Positions 55,070 to 64,000 of a DNA stretch of 64,000 nt are shown in pieces (positions within the stretch are counted from its first letter, which is position 1; each line of letters begins with the position of its first letter). Origin of the DNA: Veillonella sp. (GTDB lineage Bacteria; Bacillota; Negativicutes; Veillonellales; Veillonellaceae); contig JAWETS010000010.1 of the NCBI GenBank assembly GCA_032480995.1, positions 25,966 through 89,965 on the forward strand, given 5' to 3'. A model generated the notes under the pieces. It worked only from the letters and a program-made list of their open reading frames with translations. It had not been told where the DNA came from and searched no databases. The translations under genes and the position numbers were made by a program.

Positions 55070-56239
55070 TTAATTCATTAGTAACATCAACTCAATCAAT
55101 GTACACCCGATATAGGCAATAATAAACTTAACCTTTTGTTTACGCGCTCTATCATCATCTGCAATTTTAAGACGATTTGCAAGGAATCGTTTATCTCGAA
55201 TTTGCAACAAGAGGTGTTTAATTCGCTCCTGGCTTTCATTTGCTGTATCCTCATCACAATCAGATGTCAATGTAGCTTGTTGCATGAAGATACGACGATG
55301 TAGTTTACGCATTTGGATTTTGATATTGTTATGTACAAACGCACTTTGCCACTGTTTGCGAGAATCAAAATACATATACAGATATCGCGGAATATTCATA
55401 ACTAAGAAGGAAATGATAAAAATCCCTAAGGAAATCAAAAAGTACGTAGAAAATGAGAATTCCAGTGTTTCCGTCGGCAAGTAATGATGCAAGATAACAA
55501 ATGTAATCCATACACCAATCGGCAACAAAAGAACAGCCGCAATATCAATCGATCGAAGCCAGCTAGTGCGAGTTGGTACATCCGGTACTGTAAAAGTATC
55601 TACAGGATCATGGAACGCATAGTAATCTAACTGCAACACAGATTGACTGGTACGCGGGTTTCCCAACAAAACAGGTCCATTGCTACCAATATGGCGCTCA
55701 GGCATAGGTATGAATTTCTTCACTTGCGTATTAGGTAATAAGTCAAACTGAATAATCCCTTTCTTCTCAAAGCGTACAGTAGATCCTTTTTCTCCCAATG
55801 CAATAGGGTTAAAGAATATACCAAAGAGACTGAGACACCAGTTCCCCAACAAGTGTAAAATGGAGTTCAAAATAAACCCACCTGTATCTATATTATTTGT
55901 ATCAAGTCGAATTGCAAAAGATGATGAATAATCATCAAACCATAAATCCTCTAAGGTGAATTCCACATTAATCACATTCCCCCATTTTGTAATAATGGAT
56001 AGGAATATTTGATTGTTTGGTTCAAATTCAAATGTTATAGCATAAAAGAACCAATGATTGCGAAGAGCGGCACGCAACATGCGATTAACCATATCTTCTT
56101 CTATATATAGCAAACGATGGTCAAACAAATCTTGTTCTAAAGGCGCTTTCTCTAATACAGGTGCCTTATCCACCACCGCATCACGATCAGATAATGCTTC
56201 ATCCACCAAAGCTCGTAATTTGGTGAAGATTTTAGTCAT
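55070..56239 (-). CDS. hypothetical membrane protein
   Basis: 389 aa ORF. It has a ~230-aa N-terminal soluble part, two central TM helices (IAAVLLLPIGVWITFVILHHYL; YFLISLGIFIISFLVMNI), a basic helical region and a C-terminal hydrophobic helix. No motif was recognised. Confidence 0.5.
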   Translation of the reverse strand: MTKIFTKLRALVDEALSDRDAVVDKAPVLEKAPLEQDLFDHRLLYIEEDMVNRMLRAALRNHWFFYAITFEFEPNNQIFLSIITKWGNVINVEFTLEDLWFDDYSSSFAIRLDTNNIDTGGFILNSILHLLGNWCLSLFGIFFNPIALGEKGSTVRFEKKGIIQFDLLPNTQVKKFIPMPERHIGSNGPVLLGNPRTSQSVLQLDYYAFHDPVDTFTVPDVPTRTSWLRSIDIAAVLLLPIGVWITFVILHHYLPTETLEFSFSTYFLISLGIFIISFLVMNIPRYLYMYFDSRKQWQSAFVHNNIKIQMRKLHRRIFMQQATLTSDCDEDTANESQERIKHLLLQIRDKRFLANRLKIADDDRARKQKVKFIIAYIGCTLIELMLLMN

Positions 56240-56347
56240 AACCCCTCCAAGGGTGAAAAAATAGGTTTTAATATAAAAATTATACCATATGTTGCATGAT
56301 TTATCGATAAAAGTATACTACATATACTATTAAATATAAATATAACT

Positions 56348-56379
56348 AAAGCCCCTTTTTACATAGCAAAAGGGGCTTT
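56348..56379 (-). terminator. terminator after cydDC
   Basis: AAAGCCCCTTTT / AAAAGGGGCTTT stem. The minus strand continues UUUAGUUAUAUUU. Confidence 0.6.
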
Positions 56380-56524
56380 ATTACTGTAGTTTAATATTGT
56401 TCCTATTATAATTTAATATTCATAATAAGTCTTAAATATAGGTCTTAAATTGCAACATGAAATTAAAATATTATCCAATCTACAATCAAGCATTTATAAT
56501 AGATACTTTTATTGATATTTAGTT

Positions 56525-59500
56525 TTATTGAATACTTGCCATAGATAAATAACAGTATTCATAGAAACGCCCTCGAAGAACTATCAATTCTTCATACGTT
56601 CCATCTTCAACAATTTGACCTCTATCCATAAATATAATTCGATCCATTTGTTCTAAACCTTCCAATTGATGCGTAATATATAGACATGTCTTACCATCTA
56701 CATAATGCATCAAATCACGATGCAAGGCTTTTCGTGTTACTTGATCTAAACCCTCTAAAGGTTCATCTAATAAAATAATTTTAGGATTGCGTAAGAACAA
56801 TCTAGCTAATGCAATTCTTTGACGCTCGCCACCACTCAAACCTTGGCCTCCACTACCTACAATCGTATTCATCCCCTCTGGTAATTTTTCGACTACGGAA
56901 CGCAATGAGGCGCGATTAATGGCTTGCTCTAAGTCTTCTTTAGACGCCTCAGGTCTAGCAAGACGTATATTGTCTTTAAAGGATGCATTAAAAATATACG
57001 TATCTTGAGTTATAGTTCCCAATGCATTACGCCAAGTATCAATTGAAATATCTTTCAACTCCACTGCACCTATACGAATGGAACCACCATAATCATATAG
57101 TCGCTCAAGCATATTAAACAATGTCGTCTTACCAGATCCACTAGCACCAACGATAGCAATAGATTGTCCTTGTTGAATATGTAGTCTAAGATTCTCATAA
57201 ATATGTCGATATTCATCATAACCAAAGGATACATCTGTAAAAATAATATCATCATTAGGATTAAACGATTTTGGTGATATAGGATCTACAATAGATATAG
57301 GTTCATTACTAAGAGCCATGAGACGACTTGTAGCAACTTTACTTTCTGCACCATGATGAACTGCCGCGATCATAGGTTGTAACGCTTCAAACCAAGCCTG
57401 CGTACCAATGGCAGCCACCGCTACCATAACACTGGCCCAAGCACCTGTTAACGCATTAGAGGCCATAATAGCTACAATAACTACAGTTAACTGAACACCG
57501 CCTATGAATAGTGTATTACCCATATTCATGCCACGCTCAATAGTACCTTTTCGAGCATCTACATTACGCATCATATGCTGAATACGCTTATATACCATTT
57601 CTTCATTGCCATAACTAATCACATCTTCCAGGCTATCCATAGTATCACTTAAAAGCGCTTTATAATCACCTTGTTGGGGCCCAATTGCACGTAAAGATTG
57701 TTTATTATGTGCATAAACGACCAAAGGTAGTATTACACCTAATATGAAGGCCGACAAAAGAATTGGCGTAATCAAGCTATTGTCGATCGTAGAGGCTCCA
57801 TATGCAATCAATACAGTCAAAGTAACAGCTGCTACAGGTGGAATCAAAGTGCGCAAGTAGAAGAATTGTAATACCTCTATATCCCCCATGATGCGTCCCA
57901 ACATATCACCCGCCCCAAACCTTTTGAGTATAGCAGGTGCCAATGGTTCCAAATGAGCATAAAACCACAAGCGCAGGCCATAAAGACCTTGAAAGGCCAT
58001 GCGATGAGATGTATAGCGCTCAAAATAACGACATACAGCGCGACTAACACCAAAGAATCGAACCCCTACAATAGCAAGACTCAAATAAGTGAGCCCTGGT
58101 TGCAATGCGGCAGATGCCAATAGCCAAGAGGATACTGTTAAAAGCCCCACATTCATGAACACTGTTAAGAACGTAAATAGCAAGGCCAATACTAATGACC
58201 ACTTAGCGGGACTCAATACAGAAAACAACAACTTCCAACCTTGTATGCCCATATTAAAACCTTTTGCATTATCTTTAAGGTTCTCAGTATATTTAACAGA
58301 TTTATCAAAATACTCTGTGCCATTGATAGGTGTATCTATGCCCAATGTATTCTCTGAATCAAATTGCTTCCCAATATACAATGGTTCTTCAAGAGTTGCT
58401 GAAAATTGACCTAACCCAGATGTAACAAGTTCTTTAAAATACCCCTCTTCTTGAAGTAGGTCGTGATAAGAACCTTCTTGAATAATTAATCCATTTTTCA
58501 AGACATATAGTTTAGATGCCCAATGCATAGTTTGTAATCGATGCCCAATAATGATGACAATCTTATTTTCCATCAAACGCTGAATAGCCGTACTTATAAT
58601 AGCTTCTGTTTTTACGTCTAGATGTGCTGTCACTTCATCAAGAATCAATACCTGACCCTTCCGCAGGAATGCACGAGCTAAAGCAATACGCTGCCGCTCA
58701 CCACCACTAAGGCCTAAGCCACCTTCACCGATAACTGCATCAAGACCATCTTGTTGTCGATTAATAACATCTAATAACTGAACCTCTTTGCACGCATCGA
58801 GAATCTCTGCATCACTTACATCCATACCAAAGGATAAGACCTCTCGTAAGGTCCCTTTCATAATATGTGGATGTTGAGACACATAGGTAATTTGCTGACG
58901 CCACCAGTCGATATCTAAATCACATATATCAATGCCATCGATAGTAACTGTTCCTTTCGGAGCCTGTAAAAATCCACCAATAATATGGGCAATAGTAGAT
59001 TTGCCAGCTCCACTTTCACCAACGAGCATAATAGGTACATTACGCTCAGCCTCTAGTGTGATATGGTGTACCCCATTCTCACTATTTTCATAGGTAAAAG
59101 TTAAATCTTTAATTGCGATCTCTTGTATAGATTTCTCGAGTTTAGAATCACCACCTAATGGTAAGGACTGCGGACGATTCATAAATTCTTCGTATTTCAG
59201 AATAGATGTTTTACCTGCCATCCCCGTATGGAAAGCAGCCCCCAACTGTCTAAATGGGGTATAGAACTCCGGCGCTAACAACAAAATAAAGAAGGCTGAA
59301 AAGAATGTAATTTCACCATCTAATAAGGTTAGGCCTAAATATACCGCAATCAAAGCAGTACTTATAGTACTCACTAATTCAAGTACTAATGCAGATAAAA
59401 AGGCTACGCGCAACACTCGTAAAGTAGAATCTTTAAACTCTTGAGATAATCGGCCAATAACCTTAATTTGATCTTTTGCACGACCAAAGAGTTTTAGCGT

Positions 59501-60112
59501 AGTAATCCCTTGCAATACGTCTAAAAAATGCCCTGATAGGAAGCTCATACGCTCCCATTGTTCCTTATTTAATCGATCAGCTTGCTTCCCAATTAAGATC
59601 ATAAAAAATGGAATTAAAGGCACTGTAACGATCAAAATAACACCGATAATTGGTAAAGTATCTACAATGGCGATTCCCATAATAAGTGGAATCATAATAG
59701 CGTATAAAATCTGCGGAATGTAACGAGCCACATATGCATCAACTTGCTCTAAACCATCGGTAAGCATATGGATGACATCGCCATGACGTTCCTTATGTTG
59801 TACACCAAGCTTAAACATATGGGCCAAAGAGCGTTCTCTAAAGGATGCTTCTACAGCACTCCCCAAGTGATTTGCCACTGCCTCTTGAACGTAATGTGCC
59901 ACCAATCTCATAACAATAGCTACAAACAAATAAATGATGGTGTTCATTTCATCAGCTAGTGTATGTTCCAAAAATATAAGGTTATTTATTAAGGTTCCAA
60001 AGAACCAAGCTTGCCCAACAATTGACAGACTTTCTATTAAACAGGTTAAACCGAGTAATCCAAGCTGTCCTTTATGTTCTAGCAGCGCTTTAAATGCGGT
60101 ATGCTGTATCAT
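56525..60112 (-). CDS. cydDC: fused CydD/CydC-type ABC exporter (two TMD-NBD halves in one polypeptide)
   Basis: About 1195 aa. Half 1 has six TM helices, Walker A GESGAGKST and signature LSGGERQRIALARAF. Half 2 has six TM helices, Walker A GASGSGKTT and signature LSGGERQRIALARLF. It lies directly downstream of cydAB. Start at the ATG at 60112, with GAGGA upstream; the track extension to 60223 is doubtful. Confidence 0.85.
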   Translation of the reverse strand: MIQHTAFKALLEHKGQLGLLGLTCLIESLSIVGQAWFFGTLINNLIFLEHTLADEMNTIIYLFVAIVMRLVAHYVQEAVANHLGSAVEASFRERSLAHMFKLGVQHKERHGDVIHMLTDGLEQVDAYVARYIPQILYAIMIPLIMGIAIVDTLPIIGVILIVTVPLIPFFMILIGKQADRLNKEQWERMSFLSGHFLDVLQGITTLKLFGRAKDQIKVIGRLSQEFKDSTLRVLRVAFLSALVLELVSTISTALIAVYLGLTLLDGEITFFSAFFILLLAPEFYTPFRQLGAAFHTGMAGKTSILKYEEFMNRPQSLPLGGDSKLEKSIQEIAIKDLTFTYENSENGVHHITLEAERNVPIMLVGESGAGKSTIAHIIGGFLQAPKGTVTIDGIDICDLDIDWWRQQITYVSQHPHIMKGTLREVLSFGMDVSDAEILDACKEVQLLDVINRQQDGLDAVIGEGGLGLSGGERQRIALARAFLRKGQVLILDEVTAHLDVKTEAIISTAIQRLMENKIVIIIGHRLQTMHWASKLYVLKNGLIIQEGSYHDLLQEEGYFKELVTSGLGQFSATLEEPLYIGKQFDSENTLGIDTPINGTEYFDKSVKYTENLKDNAKGFNMGIQGWKLLFSVLSPAKWSLVLALLFTFLTVFMNVGLLTVSSWLLASAALQPGLTYLSLAIVGVRFFGVSRAVCRYFERYTSHRMAFQGLYGLRLWFYAHLEPLAPAILKRFGAGDMLGRIMGDIEVLQFFYLRTLIPPVAAVTLTVLIAYGASTIDNSLITPILLSAFILGVILPLVVYAHNKQSLRAIGPQQGDYKALLSDTMDSLEDVISYGNEEMVYKRIQHMMRNVDARKGTIERGMNMGNTLFIGGVQLTVVIVAIMASNALTGAWASVMVAVAAIGTQAWFEALQPMIAAVHHGAESKVATSRLMALSNEPISIVDPISPKSFNPNDDIIFTDVSFGYDEYRHIYENLRLHIQQGQSIAIVGASGSGKTTLFNMLERLYDYGGSIRIGAVELKDISIDTWRNALGTITQDTYIFNASFKDNIRLARPEASKEDLEQAINRASLRSVVEKLPEGMNTIVGSGGQGLSGGERQRIALARLFLRNPKIILLDEPLEGLDQVTRKALHRDLMHYVDGKTCLYITHQLEGLEQMDRIIFMDRGQIVEDGTYEELIVLRGRFYEYCYLSMASIQ

Positions 60113-60231
60113 ACTATCCTCTATGGTAAATCTACTTAAATATATAAAATCAAACAAATTTAAATCCCTATAAATAGGCCTAAAAAGTCCAAACGAATCT
60201 AAATTTATCAATATTATAATCATCTTACCAC

Positions 60232-60262
60232 AAAAAAGAGGCGTGCCGCTACGGCACGCCTC
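60232..60262 (-). terminator. strong GC-rich intrinsic terminator between cydB and cydDC
   Basis: Minus strand has GAGGCGUGCCG-UAG-CGGCACGCCUC followed by UUUUUUGUGG. Confidence 0.75.
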
Positions 60263-60311
60263 ACATTAAGATTTAATTTTTATAACTCACAAGAGGTATA
60301 AGGCTATTCTA

Positions 60312-61331
60312 TTAATAGTGTAAATCTTTTTCTGTTACACGATGACGGAATGTCCAATATACCCAAGATTGGTAAACCAATATGATTGGCACAAATACGA
60401 ATGCTACACAAGTCATCAAAGTCAACGTGTAAGTAGAGTTAGCTGCATTAGTAATAGTCAAGCTCCACTCAGGATTCAAAGAAGAAACCATAATGCGAGG
60501 GAACAAACCTGCAAAGTATGCAGCCGTTACAGAAATAACGGATAAAGAGCTAAATAAGAAGCCCAATTTTGTATTACGAGTACGTGCTGCGCCCCAAGAA
60601 ATGAGGAAGAACACGATAGTTAATGCAAAGCAAACTACAGCTAATACAGAATTAAACAAATCTGTATATAGGTAAGTTGCACCTACCAATGCTAATGCAC
60701 CGATAGCTGTAGGAACACCTACTACCAAGGATGCAGCACGAGCGCGTTCAGAAATAGCACCAGCGGTTTTAATAGAAGTAAATAGGCCACCATGGTATGT
60801 AAATACTAAAATGAACGCAATACCACAAAGTATGGTGTAAGGGCTTAATAAATCAAAGAATGTTCCAACATATGTCATACTTGCATCAATTGGAGTACCT
60901 TGAATCAAGTTACCTACTGTAACACCCCACAATAATGCAGGAATCAAGGAACCAAAGAAGATGCAGTAGTCGAATGTTTTACGCCATAACAAATTAGGGC
61001 TTTTAGAACGGAATTCAAAGGATACACCACGAATAATAAGAGCTGCAAGCATCAAGAATAGAGCTAAGTAGAATCCACTAAATAATGTAGCATACACATG
61101 AGGGAAGGATGCGAATAATGCACCTCCGGCAGTAATCATCCAGACCTCATTACCATCCCACACAGGACCTAAGGCATTGATCATTTGTCGACGTTCAACA
61201 TCAGTTTTACCAATGAATGGTAACAAAATACCAGTACCATAGTCAAAACCTTCTAATAAGAAGAAGCCAGCGAATAGTACAGTAATCAAGATAAACCATA
61301 CCACTTCAAGGTTATTAAAAATTAATTCCAT
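60312..61331 (-). CDS. cydB: cytochrome bd ubiquinol/menaquinol oxidase subunit II
   Basis: 339 aa polytopic protein. MELIFNNLEVVWFILITVLFAGFFLLEGFDYGTGIL...GPVWDGNEVW... is the CydB signature. It overlaps cydA by 10 nt. Confidence 0.9.
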   Translation of the reverse strand: MELIFNNLEVVWFILITVLFAGFFLLEGFDYGTGILLPFIGKTDVERRQMINALGPVWDGNEVWMITAGGALFASFPHVYATLFSGFYLALFLMLAALIIRGVSFEFRSKSPNLLWRKTFDYCIFFGSLIPALLWGVTVGNLIQGTPIDASMTYVGTFFDLLSPYTILCGIAFILVFTYHGGLFTSIKTAGAISERARAASLVVGVPTAIGALALVGATYLYTDLFNSVLAVVCFALTIVFFLISWGAARTRNTKLGFLFSSLSVISVTAAYFAGLFPRIMVSSLNPEWSLTITNAANSTYTLTLMTCVAFVFVPIILVYQSWVYWTFRHRVTEKDLHY

Positions 61332-62710
61332 AATCTCGCCTCCTCTTTTTCAACTACATCATGAGATGGGTTGCCATCCGGACCTTTTTTAATGTGTTCT
61401 ACAGCAAGATAAATAGCCGCGATAGCAGCCACGATATACACAAGTGTAAAGCCGATGATTGTAGTCATAATTTCTGGAGCCGTTACGGATTTAGACGCAC
61501 CATCTGCAGTCAATTGCAAACCATATACAAGCCATGGTTGACGACCTGCTTCCGCTACAAACCAACCAGTGGAGTGAGCGATAAATGGCAATGGCAACAT
61601 CCAGAACATAATTTTTAAGAATGTGCGGTTTTCAACAAGTTTATCTTTTGCATTTAGGATAAGACCTACAAAGGCAACAAGTAACATAAGAGAACCGGAT
61701 GCTACCATGACACGGAATGTCCAGAAGATTGCTGGAACATCTGGAATATAGTTGCCAGGGCCATATTGAGCCTCCGCTTTTGCTTGAAGGTCTTTGATAC
61801 CTTCTACCTTACCAGACGTAAAGGAGTTTTGAGTCAAGAAGGATAAACCACCAGGAATTTCAAGAGCATTTGTATTCTTTTGTGCCTTAGTATCAATGTT
61901 AGCTACTAAAGAGAATGGTGCTGGATCTTGTGTTTCCCACAACGCTTCCATAGCAGCCATTTTCATAGGTTGTACTTTTGTGATGTACTGACCTTGGTGA
62001 TGACCAGCTAATGCGCCTAAAGTACCGAATACTAGAGCGATAACCATGCCCCATTTAGCAGAGCGACGGTAGAACTCTGTCGCATTATTGCGTAATAAGT
62101 GCCATGCACTGACTGCCATAATAATTACGCCAGCTGTTAATAAACCATTCAATACAATATGGAAAAATTGTCCAGGTACATAGCCATTTTGAACGATGAT
62201 CAGGAAATTTTCCATCTCTGCACGGCCATTGCGTAATACAAAACCTACAGGATGTTGCATAAAAGAGTTGGCTACAAGAATCCAGAACGCAGATAGATTT
62301 GTACCTAATGCTACAAATGTAGCTACAAGGGCGTGAACACATTTATGTAAGCGATCCCAACCGAAAATCCAAACGCCCATGAATGTAGATTCCAAGAAAA
62401 ATGCCATTAATGCTTCAAGAGCCAATGGAGCGCCGAAAATGTCCCCCATAAAACGAGAATATTCTGCCCAGTTCATACCGAAATGGAATTCCTGAACAAT
62501 ACCAGTCACCACACCCATAGCAAAGTTAATTAGGAACAATTTGCCCCAGAACTTAGCCATTTTTTTGTATACTTCTTTACCAGTCGACACGTAGGTCCAC
62601 TCTAAAGCAGCAACAATCACTGTCATACCTAGTGTGAACGGCACAAATAACCAGTGATAGATAGATGTTAGCGCGAATTGCAATCGGGCTAAATCTACAG
62701 CTTCAAACAT
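61322..62710 (-). CDS. cydA: cytochrome bd oxidase subunit I
   Basis: 462 aa. ...LARLQFALTSIYHWLFVPFTLGM... (heme b558 His), ...GWFVAEAGRQPW... and a Q-loop region. RBS AAGGAGG lies upstream. Confidence 0.95.
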   Translation of the reverse strand: MFEAVDLARLQFALTSIYHWLFVPFTLGMTVIVAALEWTYVSTGKEVYKKMAKFWGKLFLINFAMGVVTGIVQEFHFGMNWAEYSRFMGDIFGAPLALEALMAFFLESTFMGVWIFGWDRLHKCVHALVATFVALGTNLSAFWILVANSFMQHPVGFVLRNGRAEMENFLIIVQNGYVPGQFFHIVLNGLLTAGVIIMAVSAWHLLRNNATEFYRRSAKWGMVIALVFGTLGALAGHHQGQYITKVQPMKMAAMEALWETQDPAPFSLVANIDTKAQKNTNALEIPGGLSFLTQNSFTSGKVEGIKDLQAKAEAQYGPGNYIPDVPAIFWTFRVMVASGSLMLLVAFVGLILNAKDKLVENRTFLKIMFWMLPLPFIAHSTGWFVAEAGRQPWLVYGLQLTADGASKSVTAPEIMTTIIGFTLVYIVAAIAAIYLAVEHIKKGPDGNPSHDVVEKEEARLWN

Positions 62711-62795
62711 GTGTTTTCCTCCTTAGAATAAAATACTAACATCACTTGACGAGCTTTTACAAAAAACCTTGCATCATTGCGACTATAAAAAAAGC

Positions 62796-63226
62796 TCAAG
62801 CCTCAGCGATAATCAACTGTTCTCGTTGGGCAAGATTCTTAAAATTAACCGCTTCCAACTGATTGACCAATTGATGCTGAATCACGCCCATTGCTTCATT
62901 TATAGCACAATGCCCCTTACAAGACTTAGAGCAAGAACCTACATCATATAAACAACGTTGTAAATACGCATCCCTTCTACGGCTCTAATTACATCAAGCA
63001 ACGAGATCTCTTGAGGGCTTCGATTCAGGGCAAACCCACCATCTACCCCTCTGAAAGATTTCATAATTCCTGCTGCAATGAGACTACGCATAATCTTGAG
63101 CAAAAAGCGTTCTGGAATCAACTCATGCTCAGCCAATACAGCACCAGTTATCTTCGATCCCGAAGGTAATAGCGCCATATGCAAGACCATGCGAAATGCA
63201 TAATCCGTGGCCTGATTTAACTTCAT
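62796..63226 (-). pseudogene. Rrf2-family (Fe-S type) transcriptional regulator interrupted by a -1 frameshift near 62962-62964
   Basis: Frame A reads MKLNQATDYAFRMVLHMALL...ISLLDVIRAVEGMRIYNVVYMM*, the N-terminal wHTH of Rrf2, with its stop at 62939. The -1 frame continues without a stop as ...LQRCLYDVGSCSKSCKGHCAINEAMGVIQHQLVNQLEAVNFKNLAQREQLIIAEA*, ending at 62796. This supplies the Cys cluster and dimerisation helix expected in Rrf2 proteins. Adding one T to the TTT run at 62962-62964 restores a 143-aa ORF. Confidence 0.7.
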
Positions 63227-63407
63227 AAAGTCTCCTTTCTCGTGCACTCGGACAAACGTATTACTAAATCTAGTATAAATGAAATAAAACAATACTGCAA
63301 TGGTATTGTTTTAAACAAGATAAATTAATTCACTTACTTCTCATGCTCATATTCTTTGGATCAATTACCTACTTTTATATCCATCAAATATTGATTGTCA
63401 TCATATA

Positions 63408-63437
63408 TAAAAAGACTGCTCTCAAAAGAACAGTCTC
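63408..63437 (-). terminator. terminator after moaB
   Basis: Minus strand has AGACUGUUC-UUUUGA-GAGCAGUCU (9 bp, one G-U) followed by UUUUAUAUAU. Confidence 0.55.
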
Positions 63438-63445
63438 CATATATA

Positions 63446-63940
63446 TTATTTTGTAATTTCTCGCACCAAATGGCCCATTTCAGGAATGATGAGTTTGCTC
63501 ATCGCTAAGGTGACGGCCCCAACAGAGCCAGGAATAGAAAACATCAAAGTGTTATTCTTAACACCAGCTTCTGCACGAGATGCCATTGCTTTTGTTCCAA
63601 TATCCTCCGTATAGGATAAATATCTAAAGATTTCACCAAAACCTGGAATATGCTTTTCATATAAGCTATTTACAGCCTCGATGGTAACATCTCTCATAGC
63701 AATACCAGTTCCCCCAGTAGATATAATGACATCAATAGACTCATCATTACACCATGGAGTCATAGCATTTATTATAGACTCACAATCATCAATTACAATT
63801 TTGCGATCTGCTACAATATGATTTGCTGCTTCCAAAAATTCTTGAACTTTGTTGCCTCCTTTATCAGTTTCTAATGTACGAGTATCAGATACAGTTAATA
63901 CTGCAACACGTAATGGTCTTGCTACAACTTCGTAAGACAT
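63446..63940 (-). CDS. moaB: molybdenum cofactor biosynthesis protein B (MoaB/MogA family)
   Basis: MSYEVVARPLRVAVLTVSDTRTLETDKGGN...VIISTGGTGIAMRDVT...PGSVGAV.... Start at the ATG at 63940, with GGAGG upstream; the track start at 63985 adds 15 unlikely residues. Confidence 0.85.
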   Translation of the reverse strand: MSYEVVARPLRVAVLTVSDTRTLETDKGGNKVQEFLEAANHIVADRKIVIDDCESIINAMTPWCNDESIDVIISTGGTGIAMRDVTIEAVNSLYEKHIPGFGEIFRYLSYTEDIGTKAMASRAEAGVKNNTLMFSIPGSVGAVTLAMSKLIIPEMGHLVREITK

Positions 63941-64000
63941 AATTCCTCCTAAAATAAAGGCATAATAGACGCTAATATCGGCCATCCATTGTCGCGTAAT

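Noticed and set aside
62769-62951. 60-aa plus-strand ORF between cydA and the Rrf2 gene
   Set aside because: It is antisense to the region that encodes the missing C-terminal half of the Rrf2 regulator in the minus strand -1 frame. The minus-strand reading gives a recognisable Cys-cluster and dimerisation helix, and the plus-strand reading gives nothing recognisable.
1-64000. Mobile elements, prophage, defence systems, toxin-antitoxin pairs, rRNA/tRNA genes
   Set aside because: No transposase, integrase or recombinase motifs were seen. No inverted terminal repeats flank a gene block, no tRNA-like cloverleaf regions occur in the intergenic gaps, and no small paired ORFs typical of TA systems were found. 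The window looks like core chromosome.

Overview
AT-rich chromosomal segment. Gene content suggests a diderm Firmicute (Negativicutes, Veillonella-like); that assignment is inference, not a database hit. I call about 55 protein genes, and all but three are on the minus strand. No rRNA, tRNA, CRISPR array, transposase, integrase or phage gene was seen.

Layout by coordinate:
- 1-16.2 kb: outer-membrane biogenesis and lipid-homeostasis cluster. It holds two Skp/OmpH paralogs, BamA and TamB. A probable operon follows: secreted lipoyl-like protein, S55 (SpoIVB-like) peptidase, MlaE, MlaF, an extended MlaD and a TolC-family channel. An AMIN-domain protein lies upstream.
- 16.4-22.3 kb: mreB/mbl, murA, glpX, tal/fsa, serS.
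- 22.4-26.6 kb: a CDF transporter, then a purine permease plus guanine deaminase operon. This operon sits behind a guanine-type purine riboswitch whose terminator overlaps P1, which predicts an ON switch.
- 26.9-44.7 kb: classical Firmicute housekeeping block. It contains lysS, greA, dusB, coaX, birA, ftsH, hpt, tilS, ppx-like, an S1 protein, divIC/ftsB-like, an LDH-family gene, and an ABC-F gene followed by folE-folP-folB-folK.
- 44.8-53.4 kb: oppBCDF, a cytoplasmic class-A beta-lactamase-like hydrolase, a peptide-binding protein, LD-carboxypeptidase and an M20 amidohydrolase. This looks like a murein-peptide uptake and recycling locus. Its intergenic regions carry unusual direct repeats.
- 53.5-64 kb: pdxK, DUF805, an orphan membrane protein, cydA-cydB, a fused cydDC, an apparently frameshifted Rrf2 regulator upstream of cydA, and moaB.

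The supplied ORF track takes the longest ORF, including GTG/TTG starts. Several starts were moved to internal ATGs that have a Shine-Dalgarno sequence. All calls rest on reading the sequence and recognising motifs; no searches were run.
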